The notes under the pieces are model-generated. The model was not told where the DNA came from. It did not search any database and saw only the letters and a program-made list of their open reading frames with translations. The translations under genes and the position numbers were made by a program. Shown piece by piece: positions 1 to 8,408 of a DNA stretch of 64,000 bases (within the stretch, counting starts at the first letter, position 1; every line of letters begins with the position of its first letter). Source of the DNA: a virus (Duplodnaviria; Caudoviricetes); IMG/VR virus record IMGVR_UViG_3300010354_014876, positions 544 to 64,543 of that record; one strand, written 5' to 3'.

Positions 1-1
1 C

Positions 2-721
2 GGAGTTGATTATGTCTTTCATTGCGCCGCAGAAGCACGAATAGGTCCTGCGATTGAAAATCCTATCAACGCAATGAATATTAATGCACTTGGAACTTGT
101 ACAGTTCTTCAATGTGCTCGTGAAGCAGGAGTTAAAAAAGTGATGTATTCATCAACTTCTGCAGCCTATGGTTTGAACGATTATCCAAATGTTGAAACTC
201 AACAAGACGATTGCTTAAATCCATATTCAGTATCTAAAGTTGCTGGTGAAAAGTTATGTAAAATGTACACAGATCTTTATGGTCTTCCGACAGTTATCTT
301 TAGATACTTTAATGTTTATGGGGAAAGAGCTCCGAAGAAAGGACAATATGCTCCAGTTATTAGTATCTTCTTAAGGCAACTTGCTGCTGAAGAACCTTTA
401 ACAATTGTTGGTGATGGTGAACAGAGTAGGGACTTTGTTTATGTTGGAGATGTTGCTAGAGCAAATATTATGGCAGCAATCTCAAATCTTGAACCAGAAA
501 AATATGGTCAAGTTTATAATGTTGGAACTGGAAAAAAGTATTCTGTGAATGAAATTGCAGCAATGATTTCCGATACTACTATTAATATAGCTCAGAGATC
601 TGGTGAAGTAAGAACAAGTCTTGCAGATATCTCTAAAATTCAAAAAACTTTTGGATGGAAACCAGAAACAAATTTGCAAGACTGGATAAAACATCTAATA
701 AATACTGAAAAATTAATCTAA
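2..721 (+). CDS. NAD-dependent nucleotide-sugar epimerase/dehydratase (SDR family), 5'-truncated by window edge
   Basis: Frame open from position 2 (GVDYVFHCAAEARIG...), SSTSAAYG, YxxxK (YSVSK), RYFNVYG, GDGEQSRDFVYVGDVARAN motifs. Confidence 0.9.
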   Translation, partial: GVDYVFHCAAEARIGPAIENPINAMNINALGTCTVLQCAREAGVKKVMYSSTSAAYGLNDYPNVETQQDDCLNPYSVSKVAGEKLCKMYTDLYGLPTVIFRYFNVYGERAPKKGQYAPVISIFLRQLAAEEPLTIVGDGEQSRDFVYVGDVARANIMAAISNLEPEKYGQVYNVGTGKKYSVNEIAAMISDTTINIAQRSGEVRTSLADISKIQKTFGWKPETNLQDWIKHLINTEKLI

Positions 722-726
722 GAAAT

Positions 727-966
727 ATGAAGTTTACAGTTTATTCAAAAGACGGTTGCCCATATTGCACTAAAATTGAACAGGTGCTACAATTGGCAAA
801 TCTGGAACATGTTGTTTATAAACTCGATAAAGATTTTGATAGACAGCAATTTTATTCTGAATTTGGTGAAGGAACTACTTTCCCTCAAGTTATTCTTGAT
901 GACGAACAACAAATTGGTGGATGTACAGATACTGTAAAATACCTTACAGAAAACAATCTTGTATGA
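727..966 (+). CDS. nrdC: glutaredoxin
   Basis: CPYC active site, TFPQV, IGGCTD. Confidence 0.92.
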   Translation: MKFTVYSKDGCPYCTKIEQVLQLANLEHVVYKLDKDFDRQQFYSEFGEGTTFPQVILDDEQQIGGCTDTVKYLTENNLV

Positions 967-1127
967 CAATAAATAGAGGTGTTGAGTTATTATTGAGAAG
1001 GAGGAAACCTGAAAAACCAAAAACGTTTAAAGTAAGTTTTGGTAAGATGGTTTCTCTCTTCAGAAGAGAGTTTCACATCTACTTTGAGTTCAACTTTAAT
1101 GTGGTAAAAAACAACTCTCGGGGGTAA
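963..1127 (+). CDS. hypothetical protein
   Basis: ATG overlaps nrdC stop (ATGA); MTINRGVELLLRRRK... Confidence 0.6.
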   Translation: MTINRGVELLLRRRKPEKPKTFKVSFGKMVSLFRREFHIYFEFNFNVVKNNSRG

Positions 1128-1132
1128 TAAAA

Positions 1133-1372
1133 ATGGAAGCAGCAACACCTTATATTTTATTTTTTTCTGGTATTGGAATAATTGGATCTTTTCTAATTGG
1201 TGGAATTATAGGATGGTTTTTAAATGAACTAACATATGCTTTCCTCAATAAAAGTAAAAATGCAAACATACATCCCGAAATGTTTGATCAGAATGGAAAT
1301 GTAATTCCAGACGAAATTTTAGCAGTGAGATTTGAAAATGACTACGACGAAATCGAAGACGACGAAGAGTGA
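1133..1372 (+). CDS. hypothetical membrane protein
   Basis: N-terminal hydrophobic helix, HPEMFDQNGN, acidic tail. Confidence 0.7.
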   Translation: MEAATPYILFFSGIGIIGSFLIGGIIGWFLNELTYAFLNKSKNANIHPEMFDQNGNVIPDEILAVRFENDYDEIEDDEE

Positions 1373-1901
1373 AGAAACTACTCTTCCATTAAACCCATTT
1401 GTATTTGAAGTTTTAGAACTTGTATCAAAACAAAGAACTAACTCTAAAAAAATTGAAATTCTTAAAGAATATGAACACGATTCATTAAAAGCAATTCTTA
1501 TTTGGAATTTTGATGAAAGTGTAATTAGTCTTCTTCCAGAAGGTGAAGTTCCTTATGCTGATGTAAAAGATCAGAACGTTTATTCAGGAAATCTTTCAGA
1601 TAATCTAAAAAGAGAAGCTTCTGGTGGAGAATCTGCATTTAAACAAGATTTAACACCTGTCGGTAGAACTTCACTTCGCAAAGAGTATAGAAATCTTTAC
1701 CACTATGTTAAGGGTGGGAACGATGGTCTTTCTACAATGCGTAGAGAAACTATGTTTATTAATTTACTTCAAGTCCTTCATCCTAAAGAAGCAGAAGTCT
1801 TGTGTTTGGTAAAGGATAAGAAGTTGCAAAGTAAATATAAAATTACTCATGAAATTGTAAAAGATGCCTACCCAGATATTACTTGGGGAGGTCGTTCGTA
1901 A
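1338..1901 (+). CDS. conserved T4-like phage hypothetical protein
   Basis: LPEGEVPY and RRETMFINLLQVLHPKEAEVL motifs recalled from cyanomyovirus proteins. Confidence 0.75.
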   Translation: MTTTKSKTTKSEETTLPLNPFVFEVLELVSKQRTNSKKIEILKEYEHDSLKAILIWNFDESVISLLPEGEVPYADVKDQNVYSGNLSDNLKREASGGESAFKQDLTPVGRTSLRKEYRNLYHYVKGGNDGLSTMRRETMFINLLQVLHPKEAEVLCLVKDKKLQSKYKITHEIVKDAYPDITWGGRS

Positions 1902-2152
1902 TGTGTAGGATATTGCATGAAAATTGCAATAAGTCAGTAGCAAAAGATAAAGGTTTACCTAATAATTCTTTTCTGGTTACTTATTTAATTGATGATGCTG
2001 CAGTTTATGACATTGTTATATGTAACAAACGAGTAGATGTTTTTGATATCTATTGGGATAAGTATAGAGAGAACTTAAAGAATATTGAGTGGACTGAAGG
2101 AAGAGTAAATCCAAAATTGTGGGATTACAATCCAAGTGGTAAGAAAAAATGA
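1901..2152 (+). CDS. hypothetical protein
   Basis: TAATG coupling to upstream stop; ends WTEGRVNPKLW. Confidence 0.7.
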   Translation: MCRILHENCNKSVAKDKGLPNNSFLVTYLIDDAAVYDIVICNKRVDVFDIYWDKYRENLKNIEWTEGRVNPKLWDYNPSGKKK

Positions 2153-2328
2153 CGGATAATAATAAAGAAGATCTAAAAGTTTCTGTTTATCAAGATGAGG
2201 TAAAGAAACTTTTAAAGAAATACAAAAAAATCAAAAAGTATCAGAAGTCACCTTTATACGCAATAAAGGTGATGGATGGTACTGAAAAAATCATCAGCTC
2301 TTTATTGAAAGAAATAGAAAAAGAATAA
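2149..2328 (+). CDS. hypothetical protein (59 aa, not in ORF track)
   Basis: ATGA overlap; MTDNNKEDLKVSVYQDEVKKLLKKYKKIKKYQKS... Confidence 0.65.
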   Translation: MTDNNKEDLKVSVYQDEVKKLLKKYKKIKKYQKSPLYAIKVMDGTEKIISSLLKEIEKE

Positions 2329-2336
2329 TTTTTAGC

Positions 2337-2663
2337 ATGGGAAAACATTATCTACTTAATTTGTATGGATGCTCATTTTTCCTTTTGGATGATGAGCGTT
2401 GTCTTATAGATCTATTGGAAAACGCAGCAGTTGCAAGTGGAGCTACTGTGGTTCAGACTATCTCTAAAAAGTTTGAACCACAGGGAGTTACTGTAATTTG
2501 TTTGTTGTCAGAAAGTCACATCAGCATTCATACATGGCCTGAAGAAGGTAAGGCAGCGGTAGACGTTTATACCTGTGGAGACTGCAATCCTAAAATTGGA
2601 TGTGATGTCATCATTCAACAACTATACGCACAAAACCATACCCTCAGTTATATTGAGAGGTAA
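2337..2663 (+). CDS. speD: S-adenosylmethionine decarboxylase proenzyme (pyruvoyl-dependent)
   Basis: MGKH start, FEPQGVT, LSESHISIHTWPE self-cleavage motif, DVYTCG. Confidence 0.93.
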   Translation: MGKHYLLNLYGCSFFLLDDERCLIDLLENAAVASGATVVQTISKKFEPQGVTVICLLSESHISIHTWPEEGKAAVDVYTCGDCNPKIGCDVIIQQLYAQNHTLSYIER

Positions 2664-2690
2664 CTAAATACACTATATCTGGAGAAGTAT

Positions 2691-3008
2691 ATGCTTTCTA
2701 CACAGTATCGTCTGCGTCTTGAAGCAATTTGTGAAAAAATTGTAGCAAGTGAAGAGGTCAGTTTAGAGGATATGATATGGGCTGAAAAACTATCAAAAGC
2801 AAATAGATCAGCAGCTACTATCCTAAGACAAGCAAGAAGACGTGCTGCTAATCCAGATATGCAAGAAGGAAGTCTAGATGATTTTATGAATGCTCTTGAC
2901 CTGGGAGATCCAGATCCATCAAATCATAGAACAGGATTCAATGGTGCTGATGATATTGTTGATTTTTTCACTGGTGATAAACCAGATGATTGGAGACAAA
3001 GAGATTAA
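2691..3008 (+). CDS. conserved cyanophage hypothetical protein
   Basis: MLSTQYRLRLE... DWRQRD; late-promoter-like CTAAATA at 2664-2670. Confidence 0.7.
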   Translation: MLSTQYRLRLEAICEKIVASEEVSLEDMIWAEKLSKANRSAATILRQARRRAANPDMQEGSLDDFMNALDLGDPDPSNHRTGFNGADDIVDFFTGDKPDDWRQRD

Positions 3009-3070
3009 ACTGTAACATTTGTTACAGATGAACTTGCATATATAAAAGCAATAGGTCTATAATGACCTTA

Positions 3071-3157
3071 CGTTCATCTGGAAACAGACGGAAGTAGGCC
3101 GACTCGGAACGGAACGTTCATCCTCTCAGAGGACGCAAAAGCCGACTGAAGGAACGC
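3071..3157 (+). ncRNA. tandem glutamine riboswitch-like aptamers (glnA / Downstream-peptide family)
   Basis: Two units each bounded by CGTTC...GAACG (P1), with hairpins TCTG-GAAA-CAGA and TCCTC-TCA-GAGGA, CGGAAGTAGG and CTGAAG elements; directly upstream of a DUF4278-like ORF. Confidence 0.75.
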
Positions 3158-3187
3158 TCTTTAGCCTAAAAATTAAGGAGAACCCTA

Positions 3188-3346
3188 ATGTCTAAAGTTG
3201 TTTATAGAGGGTGTCAATACGACACCGAAGATGCAAAGAAAGAGTATGTGTCTTGGTACAATCAAACTCATGCTCCTGCTCATCCACAAAACACCTATCG
3301 TGGAGTAGCATATCGTCCATGTAAAAACATGGAGGTGCAGAAGTGA
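3188..3346 (+). CDS. DUF4278-like small protein (52 aa, not in ORF track)
   Basis: AAGGAG RBS; MSKVVYRGCQYDT...TYRGVAY, twin YRG motifs. Confidence 0.8.
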   Translation: MSKVVYRGCQYDTEDAKKEYVSWYNQTHAPAHPQNTYRGVAYRPCKNMEVQK

Positions 3347-3441
3347 AAAAACTTAACTTTCTACAGATCATTAAAGAGCAAAAACAAAAAGAAGAAAGGC
3401 GCCATCAGGCACAACTTGTTAACGTAGGTGCAGGAAAATGA
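3343..3441 (+). CDS. micro-protein (32 aa)
   Basis: GTGA overlap, GGAGG RBS; VKKLNFLQIIKEQKQKEERRHQAQL... Confidence 0.55.
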   Translation: MKKLNFLQIIKEQKQKEERRHQAQLVNVGAGK

Positions 3442-3524
3442 TTGCTCCAGTTGCTGCTATTACTGGTGCATCAACAGCATTCATTTTTCTAATTTACCTA
3501 GAAGTTTTACTATTAAATAAGTGA
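3438..3524 (+). CDS. hydrophobic micro-protein (28 aa)
   Basis: ATGA overlap; MIAPVAAITGASTAFIFLIYLEVLLLNK single TM helix. Confidence 0.45.
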   Translation: MIAPVAAITGASTAFIFLIYLEVLLLNK

Positions 3525-3531
3525 ATCATTC

Positions 3532-3562
3532 AAAGAGGGGTCTTGACACCCCTCTTTTTTTT
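3532..3562 (+). terminator. rho-independent terminator
   Basis: AAAGAGGGGT-cttgac-ACCCCTCTTT stem followed by T-run. Confidence 0.8.
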
Positions 3563-3571
3563 GACTATAAT
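3543..3571 (+). promoter_or_regulatory. sigma70-type early promoter
   Basis: TTGACA-17 bp-TATAAT perfect consensus. Confidence 0.85.
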
Positions 3572-3593
3572 ATGTTTGTCAGGGTTGATAAAA

Positions 3594-3770
3594 ATGGATA
3601 GAGAAAAGCTTAAGCTTATTGTCAGAAACCTTGAATCTCTGGTAGAATGTCTAAAGTCAGAGATTTATTCTGATATTGATTCATATAAAATGAATTATGA
3701 GGAAATAGCTCCTCACCTTGCTGACTACGATGAAATCTTTGAGGATAGTGATTTAGATGACTATGATTGA
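3594..3770 (+). CDS. hypothetical protein
   Basis: MDREKLKLIVRNLESLVECLKSEIYSD..., downstream of promoter. Confidence 0.7.
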   Translation: MDREKLKLIVRNLESLVECLKSEIYSDIDSYKMNYEEIAPHLADYDEIFEDSDLDDYD

Positions 3771-4479
3771 AAATACGGACTTTGAGTTTATGAAACCAGA
3801 AGTAAAACTCATTAGTGTTACTCCAGATGCAGAGAAGCATATGGCTTACTGTGCTAGGGTAAGTAATCCTGCTAACCAAGAGAATGAAAAGTTCTCTGGT
3901 CTTCTCAAGTATTGTATTCAACATCAGCATTGGAGCATCTTTGAGCAGGCAATAATGACTGTAGAGATTAATACTACAAGAGGTATCGCAGCTCAAATTC
4001 TCCGGCATAGGTCCTTCACATATCAAGAATTTTCACAACGATATGCTGATGCAAATCTTCTGAACAATACTATTCCCCTTCCTGAACTACGCCGTCAAGA
4101 TACTAAGAATCGTCAGAACTCTATTGATGATATACCAGACTATCTCAAACTGACTTTGCTTGAGGATGTCCGTGTTCATTTTGAGCAGTCTCTGCGGCTC
4201 TACAATCGTCTTCTAGACAAAGGAGTAGCAAAGGAGTGTGCAAGGTTTGTATTGCCTCTAGCAACTCCCACAAGACTCTATATGACCGGTTCTGTGCGTT
4301 CTTGGATTCATTACATTGATCTTCGGTCTGCTCATGGTACTCAGAAGGAACATATGGAGATTGCAGAACTAGTACGTTGTATCTTTACTTGTCAGTTTCC
4401 TGCAGTATCTGAAGCACTTGGTTGGAGTCGTGAGGGATGTGCTGATTGCGTAGATGCACCTTCTATTACTATTGAATAA
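3757..4479 (+). CDS. thyX: flavin-dependent thymidylate synthase ThyX (start may be 3790)
   Basis: HWSIFE, RHRSFTYQEFSQRY ThyX motif, AKECARFVLP. Confidence 0.95.
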   Translation: MTMIENTDFEFMKPEVKLISVTPDAEKHMAYCARVSNPANQENEKFSGLLKYCIQHQHWSIFEQAIMTVEINTTRGIAAQILRHRSFTYQEFSQRYADANLLNNTIPLPELRRQDTKNRQNSIDDIPDYLKLTLLEDVRVHFEQSLRLYNRLLDKGVAKECARFVLPLATPTRLYMTGSVRSWIHYIDLRSAHGTQKEHMEIAELVRCIFTCQFPAVSEALGWSREGCADCVDAPSITIE

Positions 4480-4504
4480 ATATTCCTATATTTTTATGTA
4501 ACAT

Positions 4505-4753
4505 ATGGCAGTATATCCCGTTATTAATAGACAAACTGGTGAACAAAAAGAGATTACAATGAGTGTTCATGATTGGGACCAGTGGAGAAAGGACAATCCA
4601 GATTGGGAAAGAGATTATTCAGATCCATCTACCTTCCCCAATTTCGGGGAAGTGGGTGAGGTCTACGATAAACTTAAGAAGACACACCCAGGATGGAATG
4701 ATGTTTTGAGAAAAGCATCAAAGGCTCCAGGATCCAACGTAAAACCTATCTGA
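4505..4753 (+). CDS. conserved cyanophage hypothetical protein
   Basis: MAVYPVIN.TGEQKE...GWNDVL.K.SKAPGS; AATAAATA at 4475-4482. Confidence 0.75.
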   Translation: MAVYPVINRQTGEQKEITMSVHDWDQWRKDNPDWERDYSDPSTFPNFGEVGEVYDKLKKTHPGWNDVLRKASKAPGSNVKPI

Positions 4754-4757
4754 ACAC

Positions 4758-5513
4758 ATGGCAAGAAAGAGAAGAACTACTGACCAACCAATCGGAGTTG
4801 GTATGACCACAAAACAAATGAAGAGAAAGAAGCCTATCAACTCACAGCTTCTTATTGACATTGATCCTTTAACAGAAAATCAGAAAAGACTTTTCAATTC
4901 TTATGAAGGAGGAAAAAATCTAGTTGCTTATGGTGCTGCGGGAACTGGTAAAACATTCATCACCCTTTACAATGCTCTCTGTGATGTTCTAGATGAAAAC
5001 AGTCCTTATGAAAAAATCTATCTAATTAGGTCTCTTGTTGCAACTCGTGAGATTGGATTTCTTCCAGGTGACCATGAAGATAAGTCTTCTCTCTATCAGA
5101 TTCCTTATAAGAACATGGTTAAATACATGTTCCAAATGCCAGATGAATCTTCGTTTGAAATGCTCTATGGCAATCTTAAGACTCAAGGAACGATTAGCTT
5201 TTGGTCTACTTCTTTCATTCGTGGAACAACATTAGATAAGTCAATCATCATTGTAGATGAATTTCAAAATCTAAACTTCCATGAACTCGATTCAATCATC
5301 ACTCGTGTTGGTGAAGATTCTAAAATTATGTTCTGTGGAGATGCTACTCAGTCAGACCTTATCAAAACAAATGAAAGGAATGGTATCGTTGATTTCATGA
5401 AGATCTTGAATATTATGCCATCATTTGATATAATTGAGTTTGGTGCTCAAGACATTGTTAGATCTGGATTGTGCAAAGAGTATATACTTGCAAAAATGGA
5501 ACTTAATTTATGA
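4758..5513 (+). CDS. phoH: PhoH-like ATPase
   Basis: GAAGTGKT Walker A, IGFLPG, RGTTLD, IVDEFQN, GDATQSDL. Confidence 0.95.
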   Translation: MARKRRTTDQPIGVGMTTKQMKRKKPINSQLLIDIDPLTENQKRLFNSYEGGKNLVAYGAAGTGKTFITLYNALCDVLDENSPYEKIYLIRSLVATREIGFLPGDHEDKSSLYQIPYKNMVKYMFQMPDESSFEMLYGNLKTQGTISFWSTSFIRGTTLDKSIIIVDEFQNLNFHELDSIITRVGEDSKIMFCGDATQSDLIKTNERNGIVDFMKILNIMPSFDIIEFGAQDIVRSGLCKEYILAKMELNL

Positions 5514-6202
5514 CATTCATTCATCATAATTACTTAGGTGAACTTGAATTAGAAAAGAAAGAAACAAACGGCATCCGTCTCTATAATCTTCCGAGTGGAG
5601 ACTGGGTGCCTTCTATTACATCAGTCACTTCTTTTTACAATCGTCAGATCTTTGTGAAGTGGCGGGAACGTGTTGGTCTTGAAGAAGCAAATCGTATTAC
5701 GAAAAAAGCAACTGCAAGAGGAACAGATTTTCACCAAGTCTGTCAAGACTATCTGGAAAACAAAGAACTTAATTGGGATGATTATCAACCCTTGACAAAG
5801 TTTATGTTTCATCATGCGAAACCTTATCTTGATAAGATAAATAATATTCATGCAATTGAAAGGACACTCTACTCAGAATACTTTGGACTGGCAGGTAGAG
5901 TTGATTGTATTGCTGAATATGATGGTGAGTTAGCAGTTATTGACTTTAAAACATCAGAAAAAATAAAACCAGAAAAGTGGATTGAAAATTATTTTGTTCA
6001 AGAGATGTTTTATGCTGCTGCATATTATGAACTTACAGACATCGTTCCAGTCAAGTTAATTACTATTATGGTAACTCCTGGTGGAGAAGTTGAAATATTT
6101 GACAAAAGAAACAAAGGGGATTATATTAAGTTATTAGTAAAATACATTAAAGAATTTGTTCAATTTAATTCCTATGAAAGATCAGATAACAAAAGTTCTT
6201 GA
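5510..6202 (+). CDS. PD-(D/E)XK exonuclease
   Basis: PSITSV, RGTDFH, AGRVDCIAE, IDFKTS motifs. Confidence 0.85.
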   Translation: MTFIHHNYLGELELEKKETNGIRLYNLPSGDWVPSITSVTSFYNRQIFVKWRERVGLEEANRITKKATARGTDFHQVCQDYLENKELNWDDYQPLTKFMFHHAKPYLDKINNIHAIERTLYSEYFGLAGRVDCIAEYDGELAVIDFKTSEKIKPEKWIENYFVQEMFYAAAYYELTDIVPVKLITIMVTPGGEVEIFDKRNKGDYIKLLVKYIKEFVQFNSYERSDNKSS

Positions 6203-6428
6203 GGAGAAGTTTTTATGTTCTGATAAGTTTGCTCAAAAAATTGAAACTCTTGTTAGAGAAAGTAACTTGACTTATATTGATGCTATACTTCAGTTTTGTG
6301 AAGACAATTCTGTAGAAATTGAGACGATTCCCAAGTTAATTTCAAAACCTCTAAAAGAAAAACTTAAGTATGAGGCAACACAATTAAACTTTTTAAAGAA
6401 GACTAGTAAAGCAGTTTTGAAATTTTGA
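6174..6428 (+). CDS. gp33: late-transcription co-activator gp33
   Basis: YIDAILQFCEDN.VEIE...KLISKPLKEKLKYEA..LNFLK; position before gp59/gp32. Confidence 0.88.
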   Translation: MKDQITKVLEEKFLCSDKFAQKIETLVRESNLTYIDAILQFCEDNSVEIETIPKLISKPLKEKLKYEATQLNFLKKTSKAVLKF

Positions 6429-7022
6429 ATGACACCATTTGAATGTTATAAAACATATTTGGCATTTAAGAGTCATTTTACTAAAAAAAGTTTTGATTAT
6501 CAAAAGTATTGTGGTAAATCAAGAGCAAGCTTAAATTCTTTTTATAAACGTAAAGATCGTTACTTTTTTGAAAAGACCTCAAGACAAAAGACTGATAAAG
6601 AAATTGAACAATTCTTTGTAGCAAATTTTTCTGCTGCTGATAATGTAGATGGTTTGTGGATTGGTGAAATTATTCGTGAAGGAGAAGCAAAATATAATCA
6701 GTGGCAGAAGAAAATACAATCTCTTTCATATTCATTTAAAGAGGAAACTCAAAATCTACTTGAAAATAAAAAAGTGGATGAAGTCTTTGACTGTTCCAAA
6801 GGTCATCCACCCGTTCTAAAAAAGTTTCTGAATGGTAATATTAGCCTTGAAACTCTGGTAATCTACGATAAGATATTGCTGTTTGGGAAAGACTTTGATA
6901 AAAAACTGAAAGACCCCGTGTGGGAAACCGTCAGTTTAAAAATAAAAAAGTATAGTCCCTTTCTAAATATTGATATCTTCCAATATAAAAAAATATTACG
7001 GCAGATTGTAATAGGAGATTAA
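6429..7022 (+). CDS. gp59: helicase loader gp59
   Basis: YLAFKSHFT..FDY.KY.GK, FYKRKDRYFFEK, ISLETLV. Confidence 0.88.
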   Translation: MTPFECYKTYLAFKSHFTKKSFDYQKYCGKSRASLNSFYKRKDRYFFEKTSRQKTDKEIEQFFVANFSAADNVDGLWIGEIIREGEAKYNQWQKKIQSLSYSFKEETQNLLENKKVDEVFDCSKGHPPVLKKFLNGNISLETLVIYDKILLFGKDFDKKLKDPVWETVSLKIKKYSPFLNIDIFQYKKILRQIVIGD

Positions 7023-7355
7023 ATGAGTTTCTTTAAATCAGAAATAGTTCAAGAAGAAGTTAGAAAAATATCTGAACTGCAACAAAAAGTTTATGTGAAT
7101 GTCTTCAATTTTCCTATGATGAATAAGGAAGATAAATTGAAGCATATTCATTTACTTGAAGAATTAATTGAGAAACAGAAATTATTGTATACACGGATAA
7201 GTTTATCCGATGATCCAGAGGCACAAGAACTGAAAGAAAAAATGCATGATCATGCAGTCTCTATGGGTATGCCTAGAAATGTGAGCATGAACGTTCTTCT
7301 TGATAATATGGAAAAACTTCTGGAAGAAACAAAAAAACAACTAGAAAATAAATAA
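7023..7355 (+). CDS. conserved cyanophage/cyanobacterial hypothetical protein (DUF1825-like)
   Basis: FFKSEIVQEE...YTRISLSDDPEA. Confidence 0.7.
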   Translation: MSFFKSEIVQEEVRKISELQQKVYVNVFNFPMMNKEDKLKHIHLLEELIEKQKLLYTRISLSDDPEAQELKEKMHDHAVSMGMPRNVSMNVLLDNMEKLLEETKKQLENK

Positions 7356-7365
7356 CCACTCGGGC

Positions 7366-7394
7366 TTGACATCCCTGTCTGGGTCACCTAGACT
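7366..7394 (+). promoter_or_regulatory. sigma70-type promoter upstream of gp32
   Basis: TTGACA-17 bp-TAGACT. Confidence 0.6.
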
Positions 7395-7438
7395 AAAGAA
7401 GTCCCAAAGGCCAAATACGACTAATACGAGGTAATCTA

Positions 7439-8380
7439 ATGTCTTTTGCAGATCTTAAAAAGCAATCTAAACTTGGTTCTCTTACTCAAAAACTTGTGAA
7501 AGAAGTTGAGAAGATGAGCACAAGTGATTCAAGTGTAGATGATCGTCTCTGGAAACCAGAGGTGGATAAAGTAGGAAACGGTTTTGCTACGATTCGTTTT
7601 CTGCCAGCACCTGAAGGGGAAGAAATTCCTTGGGTAAAACTTTATAGTCATGCCTTCCAAGGACCTGGTGGATGGTATATTGAAAACTCTTTGACAACTC
7701 TGGGACAAAAAGATCCTGTTTCTGAATACAACAGGACTTTGTGGAATAGTGGAAACGAAAGGGATAAGGAAACAGTTCGTAAGCAAAAACGCAAACTTTC
7801 TTACTACGCAAACATCTATGTTGTGAAGGATCCTGCCAATCCTCAGAATGAGGGTAAGGTATTTCTTTACAAGTTCGGTAAGAAAATCTTTGACAAAATC
7901 ATGGGTGCAATGCAACCAGAATTTGAAGATGAAGAAGCAATCAATCCTTTTGACTTCTGGCAAGGTGCAAACTTCAAACTGAAGATTGTCAAGAAAGATG
8001 GTTACTGGAACTATGACAAGTCTGAGTTTGATCGTCCTGGTCCTTTGCTAGAGGATGATGATGCTCTAGAAGCACTCTGGAAAAAGCAATATTCTCTAAG
8101 TGCTGTAACTGCTCCAGATCAATTCAAGTCTTATGAAGAACTTGAGAAGCGTCTGAAGTATGTTCTTGGTGAAAAGCAGCAGTCTCGTAGGATTGATCCT
8201 GAAGTTGAAGACGAGGATAATGATCGTGGTTCTTACACTCCTGATTTCAGTTCACGAAATCAAAAGTCTGAACTTCCTACTAATCTTCGTGAAGAGTTGA
8301 ATTCTCTTTCCAATTCATCTCAAGATGAAGATGAAGACGATGCACTGAGTTATTTCTCTAAACTTGCAAATATGGATTGA
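7439..8380 (+). CDS. gp32: single-stranded DNA-binding protein gp32
   Basis: DDRLWKP, GNGFATIRFLPAP, WYIENSLTTLG, GANFKLKI, acidic C-terminus. Confidence 0.96.
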   Translation: MSFADLKKQSKLGSLTQKLVKEVEKMSTSDSSVDDRLWKPEVDKVGNGFATIRFLPAPEGEEIPWVKLYSHAFQGPGGWYIENSLTTLGQKDPVSEYNRTLWNSGNERDKETVRKQKRKLSYYANIYVVKDPANPQNEGKVFLYKFGKKIFDKIMGAMQPEFEDEEAINPFDFWQGANFKLKIVKKDGYWNYDKSEFDRPGPLLEDDDALEALWKKQYSLSAVTAPDQFKSYEELEKRLKYVLGEKQQSRRIDPEVEDEDNDRGSYTPDFSSRNQKSELPTNLREELNSLSNSSQDEDEDDALSYFSKLANMD

Positions 8381-8383
8381 ACT

Positions 8384-8408
8384 AAAGGGAGCTTTGCTCC
8401 CTTTTTTT
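8384..8408. terminator. terminator between convergent gp32 and gp53
   Basis: AAAGGGAGC-ttt-GCTCCCTTT stem plus T-run. Confidence 0.8.

Noticed and set aside
3543-3593. TTG-start N-terminal extension of the 3594 ORF
   Set aside because: It overlaps the terminator and promoter; ATG 3594 is the likely start.
3757-4479. Possible intron or intein in thymidylate synthase, as in T4 td
   Set aside because: The gene is a continuous ThyX of normal length.
5510-6202. Cas4-like nuclease suggesting CRISPR-Cas
   Set aside because: This is the usual T4-like phage exonuclease beside phoH/gp33; no repeat-spacer array or cas genes were seen in the window.
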